From Eledone cirrhosa (lineage: Eukaryota): 64,000 nt of DNA. This document shows, in pieces, positions 41,592 through 54,800 of the stretch (position 1 is its first letter; the number at the start of each line of letters is the position of its first letter). Location of the stretch: assembly GCA_964016885.1 (NCBI GenBank), contig OZ024740.1, positions 311,612,001 to 311,676,000 of the forward strand, written 5' to 3'. Below the pieces are notes generated by a model that was not told where the DNA came from, did no database searches, and saw nothing but the letters and a program-made list of their open reading frames with translations. A program made the position numbers and the translations under genes.

Positions 41592-41692
<101 letters not shown>

Positions 41693-41820
41693 CATATAAT
41701 TCTTCGTGTGTTTCGTCCATTCGTTCGTGAATACGTTACGCTTTAGTTACATAAACACAGATCTACACATATAAACGTTAACAGATACACAGGCAACATA
41801 TGTACACACACACACACACA

Positions 41821-41906
<86 letters not shown>

Positions 41907-42231
41907 CACATATCTACACATACATATTCATGAAAAGACACGTTATACAAAATAATTATTACATACACACACATCTATGTAATGATTGAGGAAGGAAGGG
42001 GGTGGTGAAACGTTATAGTGACGAGCGTTCTAAGATTAGCAACACTTGTGCGAGTGTATGTTTGTATTTGTGTGAATGTATATGTGAATGTGTGTGTGTA
42101 TGTGTGTGTGTGTTTGTGTGTGTGTCTGTGTATATGTTTTGCGTGAGTGTATGTATGTTTGTGCGTTTATATTTATATACTCATACATATAAATGTATAC
42201 ATATGCATATACACATAAAACTCTATTTGCA

Positions 42232-42940
42232 TGCAGGGAGCCATATTCTTCTTGCGACACTGAACTCCGCCAGTTGCAGACTACCCATCAACATGTGATA
42301 TCTCTCTCCAAAAATTTCGATCACCAGCAGCAGAGTTCAAAGAGCAAAGATCAAGTCCAGTCCATAAGTTGACATTATCAAGGCATCGTTTTGACTACCG
42401 GCCTCTGCTTCTCTTACCAGCCAACCTTCTTTCTAGACATAACCTTCTCACACCACCAGTTGATCTTTTTATATAGCCGTATAGTTTGAGTACTCTTGAC
42501 TTGACAATTGATGTAATTGGTCTGAGTTTGGTAATGTTGAGCAGCTCACTGATACAGATACGGTTGCTGAGCCGCTTGCCAGTCATAAGTCTCATGATGT
42601 GGTTCTGGAATGTTGAGAGCTTCTGAAGTGACCTTGTCGTCTAATTAACACAGTCAAGACCATATAACACCACTAGTAGGATGTAAGTATCGAAGATCTT
42701 AGCCTTCAGATGATAGGAAACTCGTTTTAATGTTAGTACTTTCTTATTCTTGTTGAAAGCTGCCCAACCTAGAGCGATTTGATATTGCGCAGCAACCATT
42801 CCATTGTTGTTTGATGATAGTTTTTGACCGAGATATACAAACTCCATAACTTGAGCAATTTGCTGGTTGTAGATTGTGAGTTGGAGATTGGCCTTGTTTT
42901 TATTAGTTGTCATACATTTTGTTTTGGAGATGTTGATGTA
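42232..42940 (-). mobile_element. RTE-clade LINE 3' fragment
   Basis: EFVYLG..IALGWAAF..LKAKIFDTYILLVVLYG; LKLYGYIKR..GKRSRGR. Confidence 0.8.
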
Positions 42941-43122
42941 GGAGAGTATAAAATTGCCAAATAGGTTTATATAAAGCTCAATGTGTTTATGTAGTCACAG
43001 GTGGAAGATAAGGTAAAATATACAGAAAGATAGATGTAAACACCGAGCATGTCCAACAAAAGAAAATAACAGAATAAAGATCTTATCTCATTTAATGTTT
43101 TACAATAGTTTCGGCATTATTA

Positions 43123-43250
43123 GAGTTATAACGTTCTGAGTTCAAATCCCGCAGAGGTTAACTCTGCCTTTCATCCTTACTGGGTCGATAAAATAAAGTA
43201 CCAGTAATGCACTGGGATAATTGCTGGCCTTGTGCCAAAAGTAGAAACAA
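43123..43250 (+). mobile_element. 5'-truncated SINE (family of 6832) with candidate TSD attatta
   Basis: ttctgagttcaaatcccgc...gtcgataaaataaagtaccag...gtgccaaaagtagaaac; attatta at 43116-43122 and 43250-43256. Confidence 0.8.
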
Positions 43251-43589
43251 TTATTACAATTAGGCAAAATTCAAGAAGATGGAATAAAATAATAAAATTG
43301 TCTACAGCATGTGTATGTAAAGAAGTAATACCTCGTCAGAAGTAAAATTAAACAAACAAAACAACAACAAACAAAAAACAATAACAAAAGAGGTCTGGCC
43401 CTAGAGGGCAAGACGCGGTCCACTTGAGGTTACATTTCAATATGACAACAAAAAGAGATTCAGATGTATTACTACAAAAAATAACCGTTTATTTACGTAA
43501 TAAGGACAATATTTATCATATATATATATATATATATATATATTATGGAATACTGTTGGCTTCTTGCTACAATACTTTCTATACCTTTC

Positions 43590-43628
<39 letters not shown>

Positions 43629-43924
43629 CACACACACACAAATATGTACCCTCGTATATATTTTTTTCAATATAAATATTTTTCAATATACATATAGATA
43701 AATGAATGTATATACAGAAACCTATGCGGTCTTGTCTGCGGGGCACAGCCCCGTCACCGCCGCACTCTAGGCCCAGAGCATATTAACCCCGCTCCCCATT
43801 CTTCAAACACTAGAGCCCTTGCTTTGCCCTTCCTTTTCCGTTTTTTTAAAAATATTTTCTTATTTTACATTCCATTGTTTCTTCTCAATCTATTTTTTTC
43901 TTTTTCTATTAAATTGTTTTTACT

Positions 43925-45270
43925 TTTAAATACATACACCGGCAAATACTATTATATAAACTCAGATTCATAAAAGTCTGTTTACTCATACATAGTAAGA
44001 TATTAAGTGGGGTTCATGAACCCTGTTGAAAAACGAAAAGGAATGCCGATGCAGTAATATTAAAGTTGTTAGGTCGGTTTGTTCGAGTTCACAATGAGTC
44101 GTCAAATTCCGCAATAGTTCACTTAACTGCAATAATGATATCTATCTCGTTCCTAGCAAGATTAGAGAAACTTTGGCTAATATTAGGGCCTTGTTTTAAA
44201 TAATAGGAGATATAGAGGATAATAATTATCAATATCAAATTGTAAAAACTTAAAGCAATTGTTATTACTAATACTTTTGAACTAATTAATAACTTCATCT
44301 GTGTTACCCCAAAACACAAGGCCTATTTTACTTTTCAGTTTAGGTATAACTCTATCCAATATTCTTTTACTAATTCTACCTATGCTAGAAGTCAAGGGGC
44401 TAATTAATCTAATGGTGGAGTTAAAATTGTAGATGGGTTTGTGATCCTTAAGGGTAAAGATGGGTGTTTTAGGTTTGTAAGTGTACTTCTCTATGTCAAG
44501 ATTACTAACTTCTCAATGTCAAAATTATAACTATTTTTTTCTCATTTCTATTAATATCAAGTAAGCTTGTATTAGGTGTTTTTCTATAATGTTTCTACAT
44601 CTCATTAAAGATTAAGGAATTATAAGTAGCCAGGGCAGTTTTATCAGCCAAAACATAGATAGAGTCCTGCGTATTAAAGTTTTTGATAATATTATCCAGA
44701 TTCTTCAAAAGGAAATTGGTATACTGGTATTTATTTTTAAACTTGATGTTTCTGATCATCTTAAATAAATATTGTTCAAATGAGTCCATTAAGATATTAT
44801 GGTATGTTTTAAATCCATATTTTTCTTTGTGAGTTAAATTGGTGTCCATTTTCTCGTCATATTGAAATATTTTCCATCTAATCCTCCGAATGAAAGAACT
44901 GACACTGACAATGAGATGTTTCAAGTAAATTTTCTTGTCAGGTATAGGGATTGACATCAGCGACATTTGTAAGAACCTCCTTTTCCATCATATTGGCAAA
45001 AATAATAATAGAACGCTCAACAGTGAGGAGCTTCAATAGCAAAGGTGAAAATATAAATCTATTTGTATGTAGAGAGCTATATAGGAGATTATATGATTTC
45101 CAAATAGTTTTATATAAAGCTGAATATGATTATGTAGTTACAGGTGAAAGATATAAGAGATTTTTCAACAGGGTTCATGACCCCCACTTAATATCTTTAT
45201 ATGTATGAGCACACACACTTTTATGAACCTGAGTTTATATAACAGTATTTGCCAGTATATGTATTTAAAT
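43925..45270 (-). mobile_element. Naiad-like PLE 5' coding fragment enclosed by ~110 bp inverted repeats
   Basis: SIPIPDKKIY..FIRRIRWK, ADKT, FTLKDHK, GRISK, QFDIDNYYP on minus; IRs 43925-44034 and 45161-45270. Confidence 0.8.
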
Positions 45271-45438
45271 GTCTATTTGTATATTGAAAACATTATATTG
45301 AAAAATATTTACATTGGAAAAATATATATGAGGGTATATATGTATGTGTATGTAGGTGTGCATAGCTATATATGTGAACTCCTATATATGAATAAATGTG
45401 TGTATTATATCTATGCCTATATATGTATGTATATGTAA

Positions 45439-45514
<76 letters not shown>

Positions 45515-45629
45515 ATGTGCGTGCGTGCGTGTGTGTGTGTGTGTATACGTATGTGTACGTGTGTATATGTATGTGTGTATGTGCATACATACACACAGAC
45601 ACACACATATATATATATATATACATACA

Positions 45630-46140
45630 TGATGATGATGGCTGCCCCCTCGTTATCGAGTATGGCCATTGCACGTTATACCATTATTGATAATTATTAA
45701 TTAATTCTAGCGTGCAATGCCTGTGCGTGAAGATATTTTTTAAAGTGAGGAAAGACTGTGCACTGAGCCAATCCCACTCTTTGAGCGACAGTAGCTATAA
45801 CCCGAAAAGAAGAAAAGATCAACATCATCGTTAACTACTGAGCCGCAGGTTTTATATCAGAGTTATCCCAGTTTCCTGAGTTGCCTTCTCCTAGAAGAAT
45901 GCCCTGACAAAGGCTAGGGGTCCTTCACTCCCAGTGGTTTAACCGCGCGATCAGGTGTCCAGCCCGATCTTTTCTATGTCCCCGTGCATATACATACACA
46001 TGCACCCATGTATATACACATATACAGATACATACATGTGTACATGTGTATATACATATTTACACACTTTTGGATGGCCGTTGACTCTTATGAGTTCTTC
46101 CGCCCTTTGTCAGATTTTGTTTTTGTTCCGCCCTTTGTCA
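45630..46140 (-). mobile_element. Non-autonomous RTE-related element interrupted by microsatellite
   Basis: Ends in (CAT)n on minus; shares blocks with 60425-60982 (ggctgcc..ctcgtt.tcgagta.ggcca; ctcctagaa..tgcc.tgacaaaggcta; tggatggcc.ttgactctta). Confidence 0.55.
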
Positions 46141-46154
46141 TATATATATATACA

Positions 46155-46195
<41 letters not shown>

Positions 46196-46651
46196 CACAC
46201 ACACACACACACACACATAAAGGTAGGTAAAAAGCCCTAGGTATAGAGCAACTCAAGTGAGCAGGGAGAGTTTGAATATAATTATTAAGGCCAGTTACTA
46301 CAACGGCGCCATATACCAGGTATGGCATATATATATATATATATATATAAAAATCTCAAGATGCGGACAAAACCATGGTTGAGGTATTTAAATGTATTCT
46401 ATTTTCTCCTAGTTTATTTTACACCTAATTCTGTTTAATTGACTGTATCTGGGCGATTACGCTGTCGAAATATTCGATAAATATTCCGTTGCGGCCGACG
46501 CGAAGGGCTAGTTTCGGTTATTTGTTGGAGATTTCTTCATAGAAGCCTTATTCTTATAGCCTGGTCTATTCGATTTTTTATATGGTAAATTGTGCTAATT
46601 GGGAGAGGAAATGGTATATATTTTATCTGGTGATTCTATAGACATGTTTTA

Positions 46652-46692
<41 letters not shown>

Positions 46693-46740
46693 AAAGTTTT
46701 ATTTAAAATTGTTGGGTTACAACGAGTAAATATTTTATAA

Positions 46741-46781
<41 letters not shown>

Positions 46782-46804
46782 AGAATATATATATAAATAT
46801 TGAG

Positions 46805-46844
<40 letters not shown>

Positions 46845-46959
46845 CTCAATATTTATATATGTATTCTCAATATTAATCCTTTCGATTGGTTTGATTAATT
46901 ATTAATAATATTAATATTTTAACATTTATTTTGCTGACTACACCCATCCGATATTATTA

Positions 46960-47145
46960 CGTGGTTTGGCAGTATCGGTAGAGCATCGGATGCCATGCTT
47001 TACAGCAAAGAGCTACGTCCCTTTACGAACTGAGTTCAAATCCCGCCGAGCTTAACTTTGCCTTTCATCCTTACGAGGACGATAAAATAAAGTACCAGTA
47101 ATGCACTGGGATAATTGCCGGCCTTGTGCCAAAAGTAGAAACAAT
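46960..47145 (+). mobile_element. Full-length tRNA-derived SINE (family of 6832)
   Basis: A-box-like tggcagtatcgg, B-box gagttcaaatccc, central domain, tail gtgccaaaagtagaaacaatt. Confidence 0.85.
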
Positions 47146-47561
47146 TAATACATTTGAAGTATAATAGATTATCTATATACTTATGACTGAAAGACGTAGG
47201 TGAGCGTTTTATTAAAAATATATTTTGGAGATGTGTTTTTACCTTATTAAATTTATATTTGATCTATGCACCTGTCTTTATAGATTTTTGTAATGCTTAT
47301 GTTATATGTTAATTTATGATAAAAACTTTGCAATATGCTTAACTTCCTTATAACAGCATATTTCTTTACTCCAGCATGTCTTTAAGATTTTTAATGGTTT
47401 TTAACTGCTCATAATTTCATTTATATGCTCATATTTTTCATATGCATCATCTTTGCTTTCTTCTCTTATATGAATGTTAATATTTATTATTTATGCTTTC
47501 TTCCCTTATTGTGTATCCTCAAAATGTTCTTTGACACGTTTATCTGTGTTTTAACCTTTAA

Positions 47562-47617
47562 TTTATACTCCGATGATCCGGGCTTGTGCTTGGATGAAAT
47601 GATCGTTAGAATTAAAT
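47562..47617 (+). ncRNA. Degenerate type I hammerhead motif
   Basis: tttatact CCGATGA tccgggc-ttgt-gcttgga t GAAA tgatcg TT agaattaaa; core U>C change. Confidence 0.55.
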
Positions 47618-47699
47618 GTTCTTGGATTGTTATTTATAAAGTATAAAGTATTAATTATATATATATTTTATCAGATTGCGCTTACACATTGAAGTTCAG

Positions 47700-48372
47700 G
47701 GATTATCAGAAGGTACATGTCTGATATATTTTGTCAAGCATTATGACAAAGTATTGTTTTCTTCTTTTTTTCCTCCATCCACTATCGGATAAATTTTCTT
47801 AAGGTATTGTTATTATTTTAAGAATTAATACTCTAGGCAATTTCAAAAGGTGTTTCTTTTCTTAACTCTATTATATACTTGTTAAAAGCACAAATTTTTC
47901 TTTCAACCCACAAGGCATTCTTTGAGCGATTTTCGTTTTAGTTCTGATTACCAGGACTTTGTTTCATAACACTATGAAGTATGACCAGTAAAGTCTCCCA
48001 AATTATTATCACTTAAAAAATGATCATATATGTAGAAACATAATCTTCTCATCTCTGATCAATAATAAAATTAATTTTTTTACTTTTTGCCAATCTGCTT
48101 TTCCTATCGAAAATTGCGTTTAATCATTTTCAGCTTTTCTTCTGGATCGCGCCAAGAACGAATAATTTTCTCCGTTGGTCGAGAGCCAAAATATATTTCG
48201 GCGGCTCTATTTCCACAATCTTTTGCACGATACTTCACATTCAATTTAAATTTAGCTATGTATGTCACTTTTGGCTTTTTTAAAGACAAAATAAGAAGTG
48301 AGAGATATACGACGAAAACCGCTTCCATCATTCATGTAGGTCTAAAAGTGAAAGTTTTCGTTTTTAGCGGTA
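47700..48372 (-). mobile_element. Pogo-like DNA transposon remnant (Brinker-like DBD + CENP-B HTH)
   Basis: TYIAKFKL..AKDCGNRAAEIYFG..EKIIRSWR; downstream RTKTKIAQRMP. Confidence 0.65.
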
Positions 48373-48374
48373 AA

Positions 48375-49433
48375 AAAGGCCTTGGACCAGTTCTTCAACG
48401 CAAAGCACGAGGGCTGCGTTGTCAGAAGCAAAATACGTGCTCTGGGTAACGAGGGAGCCAAAGCTGTTAGCTGGGCCCGGGTGACGGGGGGAAAAAGTGG
48501 CAACAAGTCCATGATTCGGTCTTTGAAGGACCAAGACGGACGCGCGATACGTGAGCCGAAGCAGATGTGCGCGGCCTTTCAGAGTCACTTTGCTCAGCTG
48601 TTCGGGCAGGTCGGCGCAGCGGGAGGGGCTATAGATTTCGGTCCATACCTCGACGGCCTACCGCGACTCTCGTGCAGCGAGGCGAAGTTCTGCGAAAAGC
48701 CGATTTCAGCCGCTGAGATAGGGGACGCGCTGAGCCAATGCGGCAAATGCAAATCTCCAGGTCTCGACGGTCTACCCTACGAATTTTACGTAGCAATGCC
48801 GGACTTATTCTCCGGTCTCCTGGAAGTGGTCTACTACAACTGGCAGCAGAACAGGAGAATTCCCAGTTTTGTGACCAGGGGCGTAGTCACGGTAGTCAGG
48901 AAGGACGAGAATAAGGGGGATGACATAGGCAACTTCCGGCCCATAACTCTGCTAAACACAGAGTTAGAGATTTTGGCCAAGGTGTTGGCAAAGAGGCTGG
49001 CGCTTGTCGTCGAAAACCTGGTGGGAGAAGTGCAGACATGCGCAATCCCGACCAGGTCCATACACGACAACCTCCACCTCATGCGATACATCATAGAGAG
49101 GGTAGGGTGTAAACCCGGCTTCGGTGGGGCCCTGATCAACTTGGATCAGTCTAAGGCTTTCGATAGGGTTGACCATCGTTACCTGGATGCGCTGCTCGAA
49201 ACGGCAGGCTTCGGTCCCGTATTTAGGGGCTGGATTGCTGCAATGCATAGCAGCAACATCTGCTCAAGGGTCAAGGTGAATGGCTACCTCTCGGAGCCGT
49301 TCCATATCACGCGATCCATTCGTCAGGGATGCCCTCTCTCCTCCCTTCTGTACGTACTGACTCTCAAGCCACTACTGCGGAAGTTGGAGCTATTGCAGGG
49401 AATACCTCTGGAACCGGGACTGCGGAAAGGGAG
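48375..49433 (+). mobile_element. Internal ORF2 fragment of Tx1 C subfamily
   Basis: Near-identical to ~36645-37695; ORF 48382..49437. Confidence 0.9.
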
Positions 49434-51822
49434 GTGATGGATTTCAGCTCCTACCTCGACGACGCACCGCGACTCTCCAGCACGGACGCAGATAGCTGCG
49501 AAAGGTCGATCACAGCGGGCGAAATAGAAGATGCCCTAGGCCGCTGCGGGAAACGCAAATCACCCGGTCTAGATGGTCTACCCTATGAGTTTTACATAGG
49601 TATGTCAGACTTGTTCTCTGGCGTCCTCGAAGTGGTCTACTACAACTGGCAGCAGAACGGGAGGCAGAGGCGTAGTAACGCTGATCAGGAAAGATGAGAA
49701 CAAGGGGGATGAAATAAGCAATTTCAGGCCCATAACTCTGCTCAACACAGAGTTAAAGATTTTGGCCAAGGTGTTAGCAGCGAGGCTGGCGCTTGTCGTC
49801 GAGAACCTGGTAGGGGAAGCGCAAACGTGTGTAATCCAGACCAGGTCGATACACGACAACCTCCACCTCATGCGATACATCATAGAGAGGGTAGGGTGTA
49901 AACCTGGCTTCGGTGGGGCTCTGATCTATTTAGATCAGTCTAAGGCATTTGATGGGGTCGACCATCAATACTTGGAAGCAGTTCTCAAGGTGGCCGGCTT
50001 CGGTCCCGTCTTCAGAGGCTGGATCGCTGCCATGCACACCAGCATCTGCTCGGCAGTCAAGGTCAATGGCTACCTATCGGAGCCATTCCAAATCATGCGT
50101 ACCATCCGTCAGGGATGCTGTCTCTCCTCCATTCTGTATGTACTGACTCTCGAGCCATTAATGTATAAGTTGGAGCAATTGCAGGGCATCCCGATCGAAC
50201 CAGGATTGCGGAAAGCAGCGTCAGCCTATGCCGACGACATAACCGTAATGGTACCGAAAACCTCGGAAATCGGGTTAATCGGCAAGCTATTACAGGAATA
50301 CGAAACGTTGACAGGAGAAAGACTAAACCCAGATAAATCTGTCGGTTTGCAACTTGGGCGCATGGAGAGGCAAACCCATGCCTTCCGACAGTGTTGTTGG
50401 ACGCTGGACGGAAGGACCGGTGAAATTGCTCGGGGTCTGGTTCGGTACAGACCTCCAGGTGGACGAGAACTGGAACGAGGTCACGGCGAAGGTGTTTGCA
50501 CTCACCCAGAAGTGGGCTGAGTGCAAACTCTGATTGAAAGGTCGAGCGGAGATGGCGAACACTTACATAGCGTCCGTCATCTACTACTGCTTGATAATCG
50601 TGCCTTGTCCCCGCGAATACCTCACCAAAATGGAACGTCTACTCTTCAAGTTCCTCTGGAAGAAACAGGCTCCATTGGTGAGGAGATCCATCTGCTGACA
50701 ACACCCTTCTAACGCAGGGCTGGGCATGCCGTGGCTGATGATGCATAAACACACGCTGAGGCTACGCCATCTCCAGGTATTCCTGATCGGTGAACTTGTC
50801 TCACTAACAGAGCTGTAGTCCTGGGTCAAGCGAAGACCGAAAATGGTGCCTGGCACCTCGAGTGCCTTCAGGTGCTCACAGCCCTCTACCAAGTGGAAAC
50901 GGCAATCAGCAGAGACTCCACTTCGACATTCTATAGGGGATTAGGTGGAGGATAAGTGCGACGACGTTCTCGGAAAAACTCTAGGCATCGAGGAGGACGA
51001 ACTGATCAGTCTGTTCGGGAGGACTTTCCGTCCAGGGCCTATGGATAACTTCCAGAGGTCTCTGGCCTGTCAGTGCTACCGAGGAGCTCTACCAGTTCGA
51101 GACAAAATGTACAGGCACGGACGCCCTGGCAGAGATCCTGCCAAAAGGACCTGTCCAAGATGCGAGCAGGACATCGAAACCGTTCTGCACGCAATTGTTC
51201 AGTGCCCAGGGGTGATCGACCTGTGGAATTATGTCGAACAACTACTGTCACGTGTGGGACGCATCCAGTTGTCAGCCGAGTCCACTGTGAGGATCATCCC
51301 GCCGGCTTCATTTAAGAATGAAGGAGAGGCGGTTTTCCTCTGTCTGGTGGCTATGGTGAAAGAGGTAATATGGTGGACGAGGCTAAAAGGACTGAGGGCA
51401 AACACCTTTCTCTCCGGACAACAACTTATCCCATTCTTTAAGTACCACTTCAGAAGGAAGGTGAGAGGGGAGAGAGCAGTGCTACACCCCAGTAAATTCG
51501 CTGAAAGGAGGGTGAATGTGGTGAAAATGGCCCGAGTGATTGGGCCTTCTCTGTATATAAACCTGTAGGTTGAGGAAGATAAACAGAAGGAAGACAGGAG
51601 CACCTACAAAACCTGTTCCTGGTGTTGAGGGTTGTTCTATCCACGGGGTGTAAAACAACCCTGCAGTAACGTTACCCCCTATTGGAGATTTCAATTGTTA
51701 TTTTATTATATATAGTTTATTGTTATTTATTAATGTTAAAGTTATATGATTTTTATGTAAAGCCTCCGCGGTCACGTCTTGTAATGTCCCATTTTTGTAC
51801 GCCCCTGTGGCAAATAAAGAAA
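49434..51822 (+). mobile_element. Tx1-type copy F, 3' half (RT to 3' UTR), followed by (TATC)n
   Basis: KSPGLDG, YADD, CPRC..HAIVQC, AATAAAGAAA then tatc repeats. Confidence 0.9.
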
Positions 51823-51868
51823 GATAACTATCTACCTATCTATCCATCTATCTATCTATCTCTCTTTC

Positions 51869-54800
51869 TGCCTGACGCGTGGAACATCGCCGGTAAGATT
51901 TTTTGTAAATTTATATACGAAAAACAGAACAAATTGTTTGAAAAAACATATTATTTTGTAGATTAACCCCCAAGCTGAATTGTCAGCTGGGTGGTAATCC
52001 CATTTTTCGCCCCTTTAGAGGCGAACATTTTATTTTAAAAATTGCTTTAAAATATCAAATTTTGACAACTATAAAACAGGAATAAGACGACAAGAACGCT
52101 GGAGAACGTAAACAGAGAAAATAGAGAGAAAGAGGCAGATTTTAACGTTATATCTGCTTCTGCTACTATGGACGTCGTCATAGATACGACTGTCAACAAA
52201 GAGGAAGAAATGTTACCACTCGAAAATTGTACAATTTCTACCGTCGAAGCGGAGAAAAATATCACTAACTCACATGAAAACACAGAAATTAAACCTATTA
52301 ACATACATACACATGAAAAAGACATCAAAAATTCCACAGATACATCTACATATAATGTTTCACCTCGTCAAGGAACTGAGATTTCCAACACCGAGGCTAA
52401 AACGATAACAACAACAACAACAACAACAACAGCAACACCACACAAAAAAAGAAAATGTCTTTCGCTGAAACAGTGAACAAAAAACAAGATTTTATAATTC
52501 TTGACATCTCCAATGCAAGAGATATGCTCCAGCAAGGGAGAAAATTTGTAACTTTCGAAGAGAAAGGTGGATTTAGAATTAACTCACCCCTTAAAATAAA
52601 GGAAGACACAGTTCGAAGATCAGTCACCTTTAGGACTGTGTCCAATTCCACGAGAAAGCCGATATTTGTTAGTCAAGCAGATATAGAAGCTACTTTCAAG
52701 GAAATTCTAGCAAATATCGATTTTCTCCAGCAAGGAAAACAGTATGGAAGTGTTTCCGTAGTGTTTAAAAGCGAGGCACTCGCCCAAAAATATTCTGTGA
52801 CACCAATGGTGTCAAAAGCATTCACCTTTTTCCCTACGTACATGGGAAAAAGGATACAAAAAATAAAAATAAAAAATATACCCCCAAACATTAACATCTG
52901 GTGGATCTTAGCTGGCTTCGTAGAGCCAGACACAGATATAATTCTTTCGATACGAAAGTCTATTCGACAAAGGTGGGCGGGTACTGATTTGGAGATTCTG
53001 TTGCAAATGAGGCCGGAGAGAATCTCCAAATTACCCGAAAGAGTCGTCATCGATGATAACAACAAAATAAACATTTCGGTAGAAGGACGAAAATTTCATT
53101 GCTTTCGCTGTGGTAGCACAGCACACCTAAAAGCCTTTTGTCCTTCACATACACACAACAACAACATCATTAAAAAAAACACTATTACCAACACCAACAC
53201 CAAAACAACCACCACCACCACAAGTACAACGACAGACGAAACGAGCAACCACACCAAAACAAACAGACACTCAACCAACAACAACAGAAAAAAACAGAGA
53301 CAACACCCCTGAAGAACACAGCCCCACCGCATCCCACTCCATCAAACACTACCACAAACACACGCACCGAAACACCACCACCACACAACATACCCCTACC
53401 CCACACACCTGACGATGATTATTCATCGACGGATGAAGCTGCTTCTCCTTCTTTAAGTGAAGAAGAGGGAGAGCCGCGGAAATCTAAAAAACAAAAAAGA
53501 GACACCACAAAACCCACAAAACTCCAATCAACAGACACAAACAACACAAACAACACCACAGTCAAACATTCCCCTATCAGCAAAACCAACACCAACACCA
53601 CCCCAAACACAAGCACCCACCATAAAAAGAAAACTCCCGTACGAACAACAAACTAAAACAACACAACAAAAACACAAACAACAAGAATTTGATGGAGGTC
53701 ATCTCCTAAAACCCCAAAGTGGGGACGGAGGGCAAAACTTTCACCAAGACAGAATCGTCTCCACACCTTAAACTTATACGGGTTTCTATGGACACCTATA
53801 ATGACCTAAAAAATAAATTTTCACAGGACGTGAGCAACCCCTGCCAGAAACCCATCAACCGCGTCCTGTTAAAATGTTTCCCCACCCCACCCAACACCCC
53901 ACCCAGCACCCAAATGGAGATTGAACAACCCGATCTCCAGGAAACGAAAAGGTAAGTGCACCTTTCGCCCTTTTACTCCAACTCTTCTTCACCAACATGG
54001 CTAGTTTACGAGTTGGAAGCGTGAATGTGCGTGGCCTAGGGATGCCCTGGAAACAGGGTCAACTTTTAAACGACCTTAGGTCACACGGTATGGATGCGAT
54101 AGCCATCACCGAGTCCAGGATCCACAACAGGCAACAACTAACCCCCCTCTTCGACGACTTTGAGATCTACGCATCTCTCTGTCAGCCAGGAGGTGGGGGT
54201 GGAGTGGTTGTCATGTTTCGGAAGAACCTGGACGTCGAAGTACAGCAAGTACACTTGGACCCGGAGGGTAAACTGGTAGTCCTAGACGTGAACAGTATTG
54301 GGGGTGGAGCCTTCAGACTGGTGGCCCTTTATGCCCCGACCGGGCAATCGCAATCACGGCCAGACTTCTTTAAGCGTCTAGAGTCTTTTCTGGGAACGTC
54401 TCGCTCCTTACTTTTAGTGGGGGACTGGAATGGTGTCCTAGATGCACGATGGGACTATGTGGGAGCATGTCCCAGTAGAGCGGGATGCAACAGCCTCAAA
54501 ACTTTAATCGGCCGATTCCAACTGGCCGATAGGTATCGACTGGATTTCCCGACTGCACCACAGTGGACGTGGGCAAACCGCAGCGGGACATCTAGATCGT
54601 ATTTAGATAGGTTCTTCATTAGAGAAAAAGACAAGGAGATGTTAAGCTGTCCACGAATGAACATGGTTGCCTATTCAGATCACAAATTAGTCGTCTGCTT
54701 AGTCAACCGTGATAGAATACATAGACAGGGTCCCGGATACTGGAAGCTGAACGTGTCGTTGCCGGCACGTAAAGCTTACAGTGAACGGATAAGTAAACTA

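Noticed and set aside
41700-41750. Possible hammerhead on minus (gacGAAAcac)
   Set aside because: Core and cleavage triplet could not be fitted
46495-46565. Possible hammerhead on minus (ccGAAActag)
   Set aside because: No convincing CTGANGA box or stem I
46960-47050. tRNA gene
   Set aside because: A/B boxes belong to a SINE head repeated four times; no cloverleaf or terminator
48104-48331. Host POGK-like gene exon
   Set aside because: Surrounding transposase sequence is degenerate and truncated by a Tx1 fragment; best read as a pogo fossil
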